NCBI RefSeq assembly: GCF_001194135.2
Contig: NC_068984.1
Coordinates: forward strand, 78,534,376 to 78,574,681
DNA length: 40,306 nucleotides
Reading direction: 5' to 3'
From: Octopus bimaculoides
Taxonomy: Eukaryota
The translations under genes and the position numbers were made by a program. Below the pieces are notes generated by a model. The model was not told the origin of the DNA. It did not search any database and saw only the letters and a program-made list of their open reading frames with translations. The number at the start of each line of letters is the position of its first letter. Position 1 is the stretch's first letter. Below, in pieces: positions 1 to 9,799 of the stretch.

Positions 1-363
1 AGAGAATTAACATTGCTTGTTTTCACCTTTTCAATATCAGTGAAGAATTTCACTGGAAAAGAAGATATAAGTTTGCCAGGTTTTTGTCTCTCTCACCAAG
101 GTCATCAGCTGTCGAACGCCGACAAAGGGAAATAACCCTGAAATCCGGATACGTTCGTGCTGCAGACCGAGGTGAGAGGGATAACTTCCCTTGGCAAACA
201 GGACACAGTCGTGTGTCGATAAGCCAGCTGGAGGAGATGTCCTCCTGGGGCTAAAAGCAACAGTAACATCCACCCCTAGGGGTCAGCCACACTTAAGTGG
301 CAATATACTACACTTTATCGTGCAGTTACTGTTAATACTTCATTTAGAGAATTAACATTGCTT
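1..363 (+). mobile_element. 345-bp structured element with terminal direct repeat and hammerhead motif (non-LTR retrozyme or Penelope pLTR-like)
   Basis: AGAGAATTAACATTGCTT occurs at 1-18 and 346-363 (period 345). It contains a hammerhead fold and many hairpins, and runs into a (TA)n tract. Confidence 0.65.
113..157 (+). ncRNA. Minimal type I hammerhead ribozyme with degenerate core
   Basis: Stem I CGAACG(113-118)/CGTTCG(152-157). Core CCGACAA(119-125) versus canonical CUGANGA. Stem II AGGG/CCCT(126-139), GAAA(140-143), palindromic stem III ATCCGGAT(143-150), predicted cleavage after TA(150-151). Confidence 0.7.
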
Positions 364-502
364 ATATATATATACATATATGTATATACATGTATATACA
401 TGTACATGTGTATTTTTATGTATACAAGTATACACATGTGTATTTATGTGTATATGTATTTATACATATATGTGAGTGTTTGAATAATATATGTGTGTGT
501 AT

Positions 503-539
<37 letters not shown>

Positions 540-810
540 AAGTCATGCAGGTTTGCTCTTACGAAAACTCCCCTTTCTGTTCATTCATATATTCTTGTAA
601 TACCTACACCCTTCCACATTCTACCTTGCAGCTATCATCCAACACCATCCTCTTTAATGTCATTCTGTATGTGTGTGTGTGTGTGTGTTTGTGTGTGTGT
701 GTATAAAGATATATAGATGTATGTGTAGGTGTATATGCTGTCTTGAATTGACACACATATGGACGCATATACTGTCACACACACACATATATAAAAATAT
801 ATGTGCATAT
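361..810. repeat. Compound (TA)n/(TG)n/(CA)n microsatellite
   Basis: Direct reading. It explains ORFs 390-716, 491-706 and 635-948. Confidence 0.95.
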
Positions 811-811
811 A

Positions 812-985
812 GGTACAGCAATGTCTGTGTGGTAAAACGTTTGCTTCCCAACAGCATGGTTTCAGGTTTGGCCCCACCACATTGCTCCTTGGGCAAGTGT
901 CTTCTTACTATTGTCCTGGGCCAACCAATGCCTTGTGAGTGGATTTAGTCAATGGAAGCTGAAGGAAACCTATAGTATATACATG
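812..985 (+). mobile_element. Fam-C tRNA-derived SINE, 5' part (degenerate)
   Basis: Matches 22750-22915, including the CCTTGGGCAAGTGTCTTC CORE-like motif. Confidence 0.85.
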
Positions 986-1031
986 TGTGTATAAATACAT
1001 ATATACAGACATATATATATATATATATATA

Positions 1032-1389
1032 TCATAAAAAGCACCATTTGAGTGTGATCGTTACTAGCGTCGCCTTACTGGCACGTGAACAAAACATTCG
1101 AGCGATGTCGTTGCCAGTGCTGCTGGACTGACTCCTGTGCAGGTGGCACGTCAAAAACACCATATTTGAGTGTCGCCGTTGCCAGTACTGCCAGACTGGC
1201 CCTCGTGCCAGTGGCACGTAAAAGCACACACTACACTCTCGGAGTGGTTGGCGTTAGGAAGGGCATCCAGCTGTAGAAACTCTGCCAGATCAGATTGGAG
1301 CCTGGTGCAGCCATCTGGTTCGCCAGTCCTCAGTCAAATCATCCAACCCATGCTAGCATGGAAAGCTGACGTTAAACAATGATGATGAT
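1032..1389 (+). mobile_element. Fam-A, 5'-truncated RTE LINE 3' UTR
   Basis: GGTTGGCGTTAGGAAGGGCATCCAGCTGTAGAAAC motif and (GAT)n tail. Reverse complement of 28100-28420 and 40114-40306. Confidence 0.9.
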
Positions 1390-1460
1390 AAATAAATTCT
1401 TATATATTCCATCTTCCGTATTTCATTTACCACATATATATATATATATATTTGTATGTT

Positions 1461-1815
1461 GGAGGCGCAATGGCCCAGTGGTTAGGGCAGCAGACTCATG
1501 GCCGTAGGATTGTGGGTTCAATTCCCAGACTGGGCGTTGTGAGTGTTTATTGAGTGAAAACACCTAAAGCTCCACGAGGCTCCGGTGGGGGTGGTGTGAA
1601 CCCTGCTGTATTCTTACACCACAACTTTCTCTCTTTCTTCCTGTTTCTGATGTACCTGTATTTCAAAGGGCCAGCCTTGTCACACTGTCTCACACTGAAT
1701 CTCCTTGCGAACTACGTTAAGGGTATACGTGTCTGTGGAGTGCTCAGCCACTTGCATGTTAATTTCATGAGCAGACTGTTCCATTGATAAGATCAACTGG
1801 AGCCGTTGTCATCGT
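1461..1815 (+). mobile_element. Fam-D tRNA-derived SINE
   Basis: A-box-like TGGCCCAGTGG and B-box-like GGTTCAATTCCC. Colinear with 14191-14572. Confidence 0.9.
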
Positions 1816-1834
1816 ATATTGAGATATGTATATG

Positions 1835-2030
1835 TGTGTTTTTTATCTTTGTATCTGACCCCTACTGCTTGACAATTGATGTCCCTATAACTTAGCGGTT
1901 TGGTGAAAGACGCTGAATAAATAAATATCTAACTAAATATCAAAGTATGTTTGTTGATTTGTTTGAAATAAAACCCTTCAAGGCGGTGTGCTCCAACATA
2001 GTCAGTGTCCAGTGACAAAAAGGTAAAAGA
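1835..2030 (+). mobile_element. Fam-C SINE, 3' half (degenerate)
   Basis: Similar to 22950-23146 (CCCTATAACTTAGCGGTT...AAGGCGGTG). Confidence 0.7.
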
Positions 2031-2059
2031 TGAAAAACAAAGATATCCATCCATCTCCA

Positions 2060-2096
<37 letters not shown>

Positions 2097-2141
2097 TTAT
2101 ATATATATATATATCTATATATATATATATATATATATATA

Positions 2142-2296
2142 GGTGCAAGCATGGCTGTGTGGTAAGAAGCTTGCTTCTCAACCACATGGTTCCAGGTTCA
2201 GTTCCACTGCATGGCACCTTGGGCAAGTATCTTCTACAATAGCCTCAGGCTGACCAAAGCTTTGTGAATGGATTTGGTAGACAGAAACTGAAAGAA

Positions 2297-2333
<37 letters not shown>

Positions 2334-2545
2334 TATGTATGTGTGTGTGTGTCTGTTTATCCCCCTTCCACTATCGTTTGGCAGCCGATGTTAGTTTGTT
2401 TATGTCCCTGTAACTAGAGGTTTGGCAAAAGAGACCGTTAGAATAAGTACTAAGCTTACAAAGAATAAGTTGATTTCTTTGGCTAAATCCCTTTCAGGCG
2501 GTGCTCCAGCATGGCCACAGTCAAATGACTGAAACACGTGAACAA
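2142..2545 (+). mobile_element. Fam-C SINE, full length, with internal (TA)n/(TG)n
   Basis: Colinear with 22750-23146. Confidence 0.92.
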
Positions 2546-2555
2546 ACATATATAT

Positions 2556-2676
2556 CCTTATAGCCATATCATGTTGAAAGCATCACTTCTCATCCGGTCA
2601 CCAAAGTTATGCAGCGTCGAGCCTAGTTAGTACTTAGATGGGTAACCACTTGGGAAACCTAGGTGCTGTAAGCATT
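2556..2676 (+). pseudogene. 5S rRNA pseudogene, full length, CpG-decayed
   Basis: CCTTATAGCCATATCATGTTGAAAGC...CCTAGTTAGTACTTAGATGGGTAACCACTTGGGAAACCTAGGTGCTGTAAGCATT aligns along its whole length with recalled metazoan 5S. Differences are mostly transitions, including in box A and box C. Confidence 0.9.
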
Positions 2677-2704
2677 CACCATCGTTTTTTTTTTGGGGGG
2701 GGGG

Positions 2705-2752
2705 CAAGGTAGTGCCCCTGCATGGCTGCAGTCTAATGACTGAAGCAAGTAA
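2705..2752 (+). mobile_element. Isolated Fam-C 3' tail fragment downstream of the 5S copy
   Basis: CAAGGTAGTGCCCCTGCATGGCTGCAGTCTAATGACTGAAGCAAGTAA resembles 23095-23143. Confidence 0.75.
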
Positions 2753-3168
2753 TTGGTAAATGATATATTATGTATTCATTCATATTTGCACTATGCGCTC
2801 ATGCTAGCGATTTGTCTGTGTATCTGCTTTTAAATTCTATGAATGAAAAAAGGAAAAACTATATATATAATATGAGATAGGGTGTGTTTGCATTACTTAT
2901 AGTATGTGTGTAGATTCATTAAGAAACACTCCTACTTTTTTCATTCATAGAATTATGACTCATTTATTTAACCTTATGCACACATTCATATTATACACAC
3001 ACGCATGCACATACAGTGAAATGAATGTAAACGCTAATGTTTTCAGTATATGTACTGTTTTGTTTTCTCATTTAGCCTATATTTGTTCTGTATAAGAAGG
3101 CATGATATATAGATGTATGTGTGTGCTGATATATATTATATATTTATGTGTGTGTATATACATATATA

Positions 3169-4030
3169 NNNNNNNNNNNNNNNNNNNNNNNNNNNNNNNN
3201 NNNNNNNNNNNNNNNNNNNNNNNNNNNNNNNNNNNNNNNNNNNNNNNNNNNNNNNNNNNNNNNNNNNNNNNNNNNNNNNNNNNNNNNNNNNNNNNNNNNN
3301 NNNNNNNNNNNNNNNNNNNNNNNNNNNNNNNNNNNNNNNNNNNNNNNNNNNNNNNNNNNNNNNNNNNNNNNNNNNNNNNNNNNNNNNNNNNNNNNNNNNN
3401 NNNNNNNNNNNNNNNNNNNNNNNNNNNNNNNNNNNNNNNNNNNNNNNNNNNNNNNNNNNNNNNNNNNNNNNNNNNNNNNNNNNNNNNNNNNNNNNNNNNN
3501 NNNNNNNNNNNNNNNNNNNNNNNNNNNNNNNNNNNNNNNNNNNNNNNNNNNNNNNNNNNNNNNNNNNNNNNNNNNNNNNNNNNNNNNNNNNNNNNNNNNN
3601 NNNNNNNNNNNNNNNNNNNNNNNNNNNNNNNNNNNNNNNNNNNNNNNNNNNNNNNNNNNNNNNNNNNNNNNNNNNNNNNNNNNNNNNNNNNNNNNNNNNN
3701 NNNNNNNNNNNNNNNNNNNNNNNNNNNNNNNNNNNNNNNNNNNNNNNNNNNNNNNNNNNNNNNNNNNNNNNNNNNNNNNNNNNNNNNNNNNNNNNNNNNN
3801 NNNNNNNNNNNNNNNNNNNNNNNNNNNNNNNNNNNNNNNNNNNNNNNNNNNNNNNNNNNNNNNNNNNNNNNNNNNNNNNNNNNNNNNNNNNNNNNNNNNN
3901 NNNNNNNNNNNNNNNNNNNNNNNNNNNNNNNNNNNNNNNNNNNNNNNNNNNNNNNNNNNNNNNNNNNNNNNNNNNNNNNNNNNNNNNNNNNNNNNNNNNN
4001 NNNNNNNNNNNNNNNNNNNNNNNNNNNNNN
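3169..4030. other. Assembly gap flanked by (TA)n
   Basis: N run. Confidence 1.
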
Positions 4031-4074
<44 letters not shown>

Positions 4075-4343
4075 CATACATACGTACATAAACATACCCA
4101 CCCATACACATATATATATATACACCCACACTAACATATATATGATGCATATATCTATGGCTTTAGCTATATCTGGTAATAGGTACCAGATTATTTAGGA
4201 CTGTTGGCTCCTATAGGTCAATCCTCTCCAATGGGGTAATTTATATCTCTTCTGCATTTCTGCTTTGTACCCTATAACTGTAGTCTAATCCCAACATTTA
4301 AAAGTCCTTTCAGTATTTAGGATGTATGGTTAATTTACTTCTG

Positions 4344-4380
<37 letters not shown>

Positions 4381-4708
4381 TGCTGTATGTTTTTAGTCTA
4401 TGATTAAGGAGTAGTTACCATGATCTTTTGCAAGCTTCTAGGAGATGGGATAGTTTTATGGAAAGGAAAAAAAAAAAAAAAAGAGGAAATCACAATTTTG
4501 TAGGGACTGGTTATTTGATGCCTGTGAGTACAACCCAACTGAAAGTCTATGCTTGCTAGGGTATGTATATGTCACAGACTGAAGGAAAAGAAGCATTATG
4601 GGATCATGTGGCAGCTAGCTTACCCTTTGCCTACCCAAAACATTTTCATAATTGTTCTAAACATCCATGCTTGTTTCCAAAGTTTTAGTTCGCCATTGTT
4701 TCATTACT

Positions 4709-4933
4709 TACTCTTTTGTTACTCTTTTACTTGTTTCAGTCATTTGACTGCGGCCATGCTGGAGCACTGCCTATAGTCAAGCAAATCGACTCCAGGACTT
4801 ATTCTTTGTAAACCTAGTACTTATTCTATCAGTCTGTTTTGCCAAACTGCTAAGTGACGGAGACATAAACACCCCAGCATCGGTTGTCAAGCAATGCTAG
4901 GGTGACAAACACACACACACAAACACACACACT

Positions 4934-5003
<70 letters not shown>

Positions 5004-5160
5004 TACGACGGGCTTCTTTCAGTTTCCGTCTACCAAATCCACTCACAAGGCTTTGGTCGGCCCGAGGCTATAGTAGAAGACACTTGCCCAAGATGCCACG
5101 CAGTGGGACTGAACCCGGAACGATGTAGTTGGTAAGCAAGCTACTTACCACACAGCCACT
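4709..5160 (-). mobile_element. Fam-C SINE, full length, young copy
   Basis: Near-identical reverse complement of 22750-23146. Confidence 0.95.
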
Positions 5161-5199
5161 TGAAAATCTTTATAAAAGATAAAAGCAGTATTCATACTG

Positions 5200-5314
5200 A
5201 GAAGTAGTGTTTAATGCTACCTAAACACGGGTGTTCCCTAGGAACCAATGATACTAGCAGTATTGTTGATTCCTAGGGAACACCCATGTTTAGGAAGCAT
5301 TAAATGCTACTTCT
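5200..5314. repeat. Long near-perfect palindrome (56-bp arms, 3-nt loop)
   Basis: 5200-5255 is the reverse complement of 5259-5314 with 7 differences. Four of them form G-U wobbles on the + strand. Confidence 0.9.
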
Positions 5315-6095
5315 GAGTAATACAAAGCCTTCCTTTCATAAATCCCAAGTTACTCTGGTGGTTAAAAAAAAAAAAATGGGAATATGTATGATACATGGTA
5401 CATGGATGCCAGGAAAATACACCCCATGTATCCTATGTGATACACAGTACAAACAAAGGGCTAAGCAATTTTTTTCCCTACTTCACTGGCCCAGTCCACC
5501 TGACTAGGGGAAGACATAACTAGAAGCCAGTGGGGAGTTAATGTAAGCTGTTAGAGCTACTAGATGATTATTGTGCACCAACTTAATAATGGCTCAGTTT
5601 GCTGAGCCGTAAGAAGGCATCACTGAGCAGTCATTATATTTCACCACTCTTGTTTCCTGATGATACTACAGAAGTAGTAGCACTGTTAACTGAATACCTG
5701 ATTCATTAATCTGCTGGATTGAGTTACATTCTGCCTACAGGATAAGTTGCTAAATCTGAAGTCCAAAGATTTATCTTAATCTTCAGCCCTGATTAGTTGC
5801 TCACACTTTTATATTGCTTGAGTAAGGCCCTATCAGAATACTGTTCATGTATCTAAGACAACATGGCAGTAACAAACACACGCACGCACGCACGCACACA
5901 CCTTGGAAGACAATCATCATCATCAAGTGAAGGACACTGACAACTTGGGCTATGATAATAGTCTTTCTGTAGCAGAAGTAGAGCATTCACTATAGTTACC
6001 CTTGTAAGATTTCCCTGGATGGAACTTCTGAGTGGACAGGAATGGTGTGAACTAAAAGGACACTATGTGCAAGCTGGACTAAGGATCGAAAACAT

Positions 6096-6433
6096 GGGAT
6101 ACAACACTTCAGGCTAAAACACTTAGGTCTAAGACACTTTGGTCTAAAAGTATTTTTGTCTAAAGACACTTTCGTTTAAATATTTTCATCTAAAGGCAAA
6201 ATGGATTATCAGTGTATAGTTATTTTGATCATTTACATATTTTTTTTTTGAGATTCTATAGACAAAATAGTTATTAGACCAAAGTGAGTTTAGACAAAAA
6301 TGTCTTTAGACTATAGTGTATTTACACAAAAGTCACTTTAGACTAAAGTTCTTTAGACCATAGTGCATTAGACCAAAGTTCTTTAGACCATAGCGCATTA
6401 GACCAAAGTGTTTTAGATGCAAAGTCCTAGATC
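6096..6433. mobile_element. MULE/foldback-like MITE with inverted 15-16-bp subterminal arrays
   Basis: Direct repeat CGAAAACAT at 6087-6095 and 6434-6442 (8-9-bp TSD). Left array of CACTTTGGTCTAA-like units, right array of TTAGACCAAAGTG-like units. Confidence 0.75.
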
Positions 6434-6464
6434 CGAAAACATACATCCTCCCTTCTCAAAATAC

Positions 6465-6536
6465 CTTGTCTTGTAAACTTGTCAAACCATCCAACCCATG
6501 TCAGCATGGAGGACAGATGTTAAGTGATGATCATGA

Positions 6537-6540
<4 letters not shown>
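6465..6540 (+). mobile_element. Fam-A 3' terminal fragment
   Basis: GTCAAACCATCCAACCCATG...GTTAAGTGATGATCATGATGAT. Confidence 0.8.
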
Positions 6541-6579
<39 letters not shown>

Positions 6580-7364
6580 NNNNNNNNNNNNNNNNNNNNN
6601 NNNNNNNNNNNNNNNNNNNNNNNNNNNNNNNNNNNNNNNNNNNNNNNNNNNNNNNNNNNNNNNNNNNNNNNNNNNNNNNNNNNNNNNNNNNNNNNNNNNN
6701 NNNNNNNNNNNNNNNNNNNNNNNNNNNNNNNNNNNNNNNNNNNNNNNNNNNNNNNNNNNNNNNNNNNNNNNNNNNNNNNNNNNNNNNNNNNNNNNNNNNN
6801 NNNNNNNNNNNNNNNNNNNNNNNNNNNNNNNNNNNNNNNNNNNNNNNNNNNNNNNNNNNNNNNNNNNNNNNNNNNNNNNNNNNNNNNNNNNNNNNNNNNN
6901 NNNNNNNNNNNNNNNNNNNNNNNNNNNNNNNNNNNNNNNNNNNNNNNNNNNNNNNNNNNNNNNNNNNNNNNNNNNNNNNNNNNNNNNNNNNNNNNNNNNN
7001 NNNNNNNNNNNNNNNNNNNNNNNNNNNNNNNNNNNNNNNNNNNNNNNNNNNNNNNNNNNNNNNNNNNNNNNNNNNNNNNNNNNNNNNNNNNNNNNNNNNN
7101 NNNNNNNNNNNNNNNNNNNNNNNNNNNNNNNNNNNNNNNNNNNNNNNNNNNNNNNNNNNNNNNNNNNNNNNNNNNNNNNNNNNNNNNNNNNNNNNNNNNN
7201 NNNNNNNNNNNNNNNNNNNNNNNNNNNNNNNNNNNNNNNNNNNNNNNNNNNNNNNNNNNNNNNNNNNNNNNNNNNNNNNNNNNNNNNNNNNNNNNNNNNN
7301 NNNNNNNNNNNNNNNNNNNNNNNNNNNNNNNNNNNNNNNNNNNNNNNNNNNNNNNNNNNNNNNN
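6580..7364. other. Assembly gap flanked by (TA)n
   Basis: N run. Confidence 1.
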
Positions 7365-7519
7365 ATATATATATATATATATATATATATGGATAGATAG
7401 ATAGTTAGATACGTACATATGTATATATAGTACCCAAAACATACTCATTCAGTCACTCACCTTCATATTCAAAACCTGTCTATTCTGCTGCTCACAGTAA
7501 TCCGATGAAGGAACATCTA

Positions 7520-7700
7520 TATGTTCACTTGACTTCCTAGAAATAGCAACCAAATCTAACTCATATCACACATTGGATAATGTAAACTACCTTAAAGACA
7601 TTTTAGCTGAACAAGGTAACACAGGATGGTCACAGTTGGAACTTCTTTGTTCATAGGTTTGCTTAGCCAGGTTTGACCTGAAGCTAAACAAGAAGAGCTA
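7520..7700 (+). mobile_element. Fam-F retroposon ending in CTAAACAACAA-like tail
   Basis: CACTTGACTTCCTAGAAATAGC...GGATGGTCAC...GCTAAACAA. Recurs at about 10440, 17480, 23700, 24490, 27840, 32410 and 35815. Confidence 0.75.
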
Positions 7701-8033
7701 CAGGCATGCTACTTTTGTTTAATTATATCTACGTTATTACAACAAGCTATACTCTTGTCCCATGACTCATAGTATGACCTCCTCCTGAGTCTACATTAAA
7801 CACTTTGTGTTGTCTTTTGCTCAAGGAACTGTGACCACGCCTGTTATTTCTCTTACCAGTCTCTTACTGGAGATGTAACCCACCTCTTATTTGTGTAACC
7901 ATTCTTTCTCAGAGCTGCAACTCTATCATTATTTATATAATCCTTCCTTCTTGGAGCTATGAACCAAATGTTATTTGTTTATATGATCTATGCAAGCAAG
8001 AATATATCCCCAACCAATGGCATCATTTTCCTT

Positions 8034-8106
8034 GCTTGCGTGGCTCAGTTGGCAGTGCATTAGATTTTCAGTGTGAGGGTTGCAGATTCATGTCCCTCTG
8101 CAGGTG
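8034..8106 (+). pseudogene. Degenerate tRNA-Lys-like pseudogene or SINE head
   Basis: 73 nt, gap-free alignment by eye with recalled metazoan tRNA-Lys(TTT). Acceptor stem GCTTGCG/TGCAGGT pairs. The anticodon now reads TTC and the T-stem is broken. Confidence 0.6.
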
Positions 8107-8120
8107 CAGCCTGTCTTTTA

Positions 8121-8285
8121 GGTGCAGGCATAGCTGTGTGGTCAAGAATGTTGCTTCCCAACTGCGTAGTTTTGGATTCACAACCACTGCATGAAACCTT
8201 AGACAAGCATTTACTATAAACTCGGGCCAACCAAAACCTTGTGAATAGATTTGGTAGATGGAAACTGAAAGAACCCTATTGTATG
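8121..8285 (+). mobile_element. Fam-C SINE, 5' part
   Basis: Matches 22750-22915. Confidence 0.85.
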
Positions 8286-8287
8286 TA

Positions 8288-8545
8288 TATGATGATGGCT
8301 GCCCCCTCGTTATCGAGTATGGCCATTGCATGAAGCTTAACTTAACGGTGCTGTGATCGAATGTGACTTTTTAGCCCAGCCAAAGATCTACAATGTCTTG
8401 CACAGAGTTGGCATCCAAAACCTTTACTGGCAATAGCTGGCTGTTGTTGTAATTGGGCTCCATGTACCTTTGCGTGTCGTTTAAGTCCTCTTGCTGAATC
8501 ACACTCCCTTCCACATGCCCGACAGACATGATTAGTATGGTATAC
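8288..8545 (-). mobile_element. LINE 3' end (RTE-like) encoding two C2H2 zinc fingers plus 3' UTR
   Basis: CRACGRECDSARGLKRHAKVH and CQLCARHCRSLAGLKSHIRSQH followed by a stop at 8342-8344. Short 3' UTR ends in GGGGGCAGCCATCATCAT. Confidence 0.7.
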
Positions 8546-8609
8546 ATGCTTACATGCATACATATATAAATATTTATACACGCACACGCACACACATATG
8601 TGTATAGGC

Positions 8610-8950
8610 CAGAACCACATAAAAAGTACTCCTGCTGGTGCCTTGTTAAAGAACCTGTACCAGTGCCATCTATAAAGCACCCGTGCTGGTGGCACACAGA
8701 AGCACCTCTGCTGGCGCCATGTAAAGTCACCCATACCAGCACCATACAGACTGTACCCAAGTTGGTGTCACATAAAAGTACCCTGTACTTTCTGTGAAAT
8801 GGTTGGTGTTAGGAAGGGCATCCAACCGTAGAAACCATGCCAAAATAGAAAACTGGAGCCTGGTGAAGTCCTCTAGTTTGCCAGCTCCTGTCAAACTGTC
8901 CAGTCCTTGCCAGCATGGAAAATGGACATTAAATGATGAGGATGATGATG
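8610..8950 (+). mobile_element. Fam-A RTE 3' UTR, diverged subfamily
   Basis: GGTTGGTGTTAGGAAGGGCATCC motif and (GAT)n tail. Confidence 0.85.
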
Positions 8951-8966
8951 GCAATGTTATATTACT

Positions 8967-9196
8967 GTCCCCTTGTCTTGACATCACATGATAGTTGTAA
9001 ACAAGTGTTGCCATCATGCAGGCAGTGGCTTTTGTTTCCAATCTCCCATGAAAACATGTCAGGTCATGGTGAAATATTACTTTGGAAACAGGTGAGAATT
9101 GGCAACTGGAAGGACATCTGGTTAAAGAAAATCTATCTCAACAAATTCTGTCTGACCTATGCAAGCATTGGAAAGTGGATGTTGAAAAGATGATGA
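8967..9196 (+). mobile_element. Fam-B retroposon sharing an RTE-like tail
   Basis: CCTTGTCTTGACATCA...GGAAACAGGTGAG...GCAAGCAT(T)GGAAAGTGGATGTT. Recurs at about 15860, 18050, 20805, 30930 and 33790. Confidence 0.8.
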
Positions 9197-9208
9197 AAAT
9201 TATATATA

Positions 9209-9293
<85 letters not shown>

Positions 9294-9799
9294 TCACGGA
9301 CATAAACACAGAAATGCACATATATGTATACACACACACACACACTATATATGGATATTTTTATGTGCACACATTTGTGCCTACCTAGTACACTTGTATA
9401 CAGCTGTAGACAGTTGCATGCTAACACAGTTTTACATTAAGCTTTTGCATGCATTCACTTACGTGCATACATTCCTCCATATGCAGACGCAGGTTTACGC
9501 ATTGCATTCGTATTTACATTTATCTATTTGCATATGTCTGCAGAAGACACACAAACGCAATTGCACACCGTCACATGCTTTCATTAATGTAATGAGTTCA
9601 CTAGGTAACCTGCTGTACTGCACTCTGCTGCACTACTTGTACACTATAAACTAATGTTCTATTGAACACCCAGTAGCAAACAGTTATTGAATGGATCATG
9701 TGCATTAAATGTGCACTCAGATGTGCTGATTGCTTTGCTGCAGAAATATACTGCATTCAGTCTTGGCAATCAATTTTTTCCTAGTTTCATTCTGAATGG

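Noticed and set aside
222-310. Possible HDV-like or twister ribozyme in the second half of the 345-bp unit
   Set aside because: I could not build a consistent P1/P1.1/P2/P3 pseudoknot by hand. Only simple hairpins are supported.
3077-4198. Long ORFs spanning N gaps (also 6466-7448, 21084-22078, 31716-32371, 38463-39383)
   Set aside because: Length comes from Ns and flanking (TA)n; artefacts.
6110-6420. Regularly spaced short repeats suggesting a CRISPR-like array
   Set aside because: Eukaryotic context, no unique spacers, and inverted arms with a TSD fit a MITE.
7500-7535. CCGATGAAGGAACAT...ATGTTC resembling a hammerhead core
   Set aside because: No GAAA or stem I/III partner, and the 3' side belongs to Fam-F.
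8034-8106. Functional tRNA-Glu(TTC) gene
   Set aside because: T-stem and anticodon stem are mismatched and the body resembles tRNA-Lys; called a pseudogene or SINE head.
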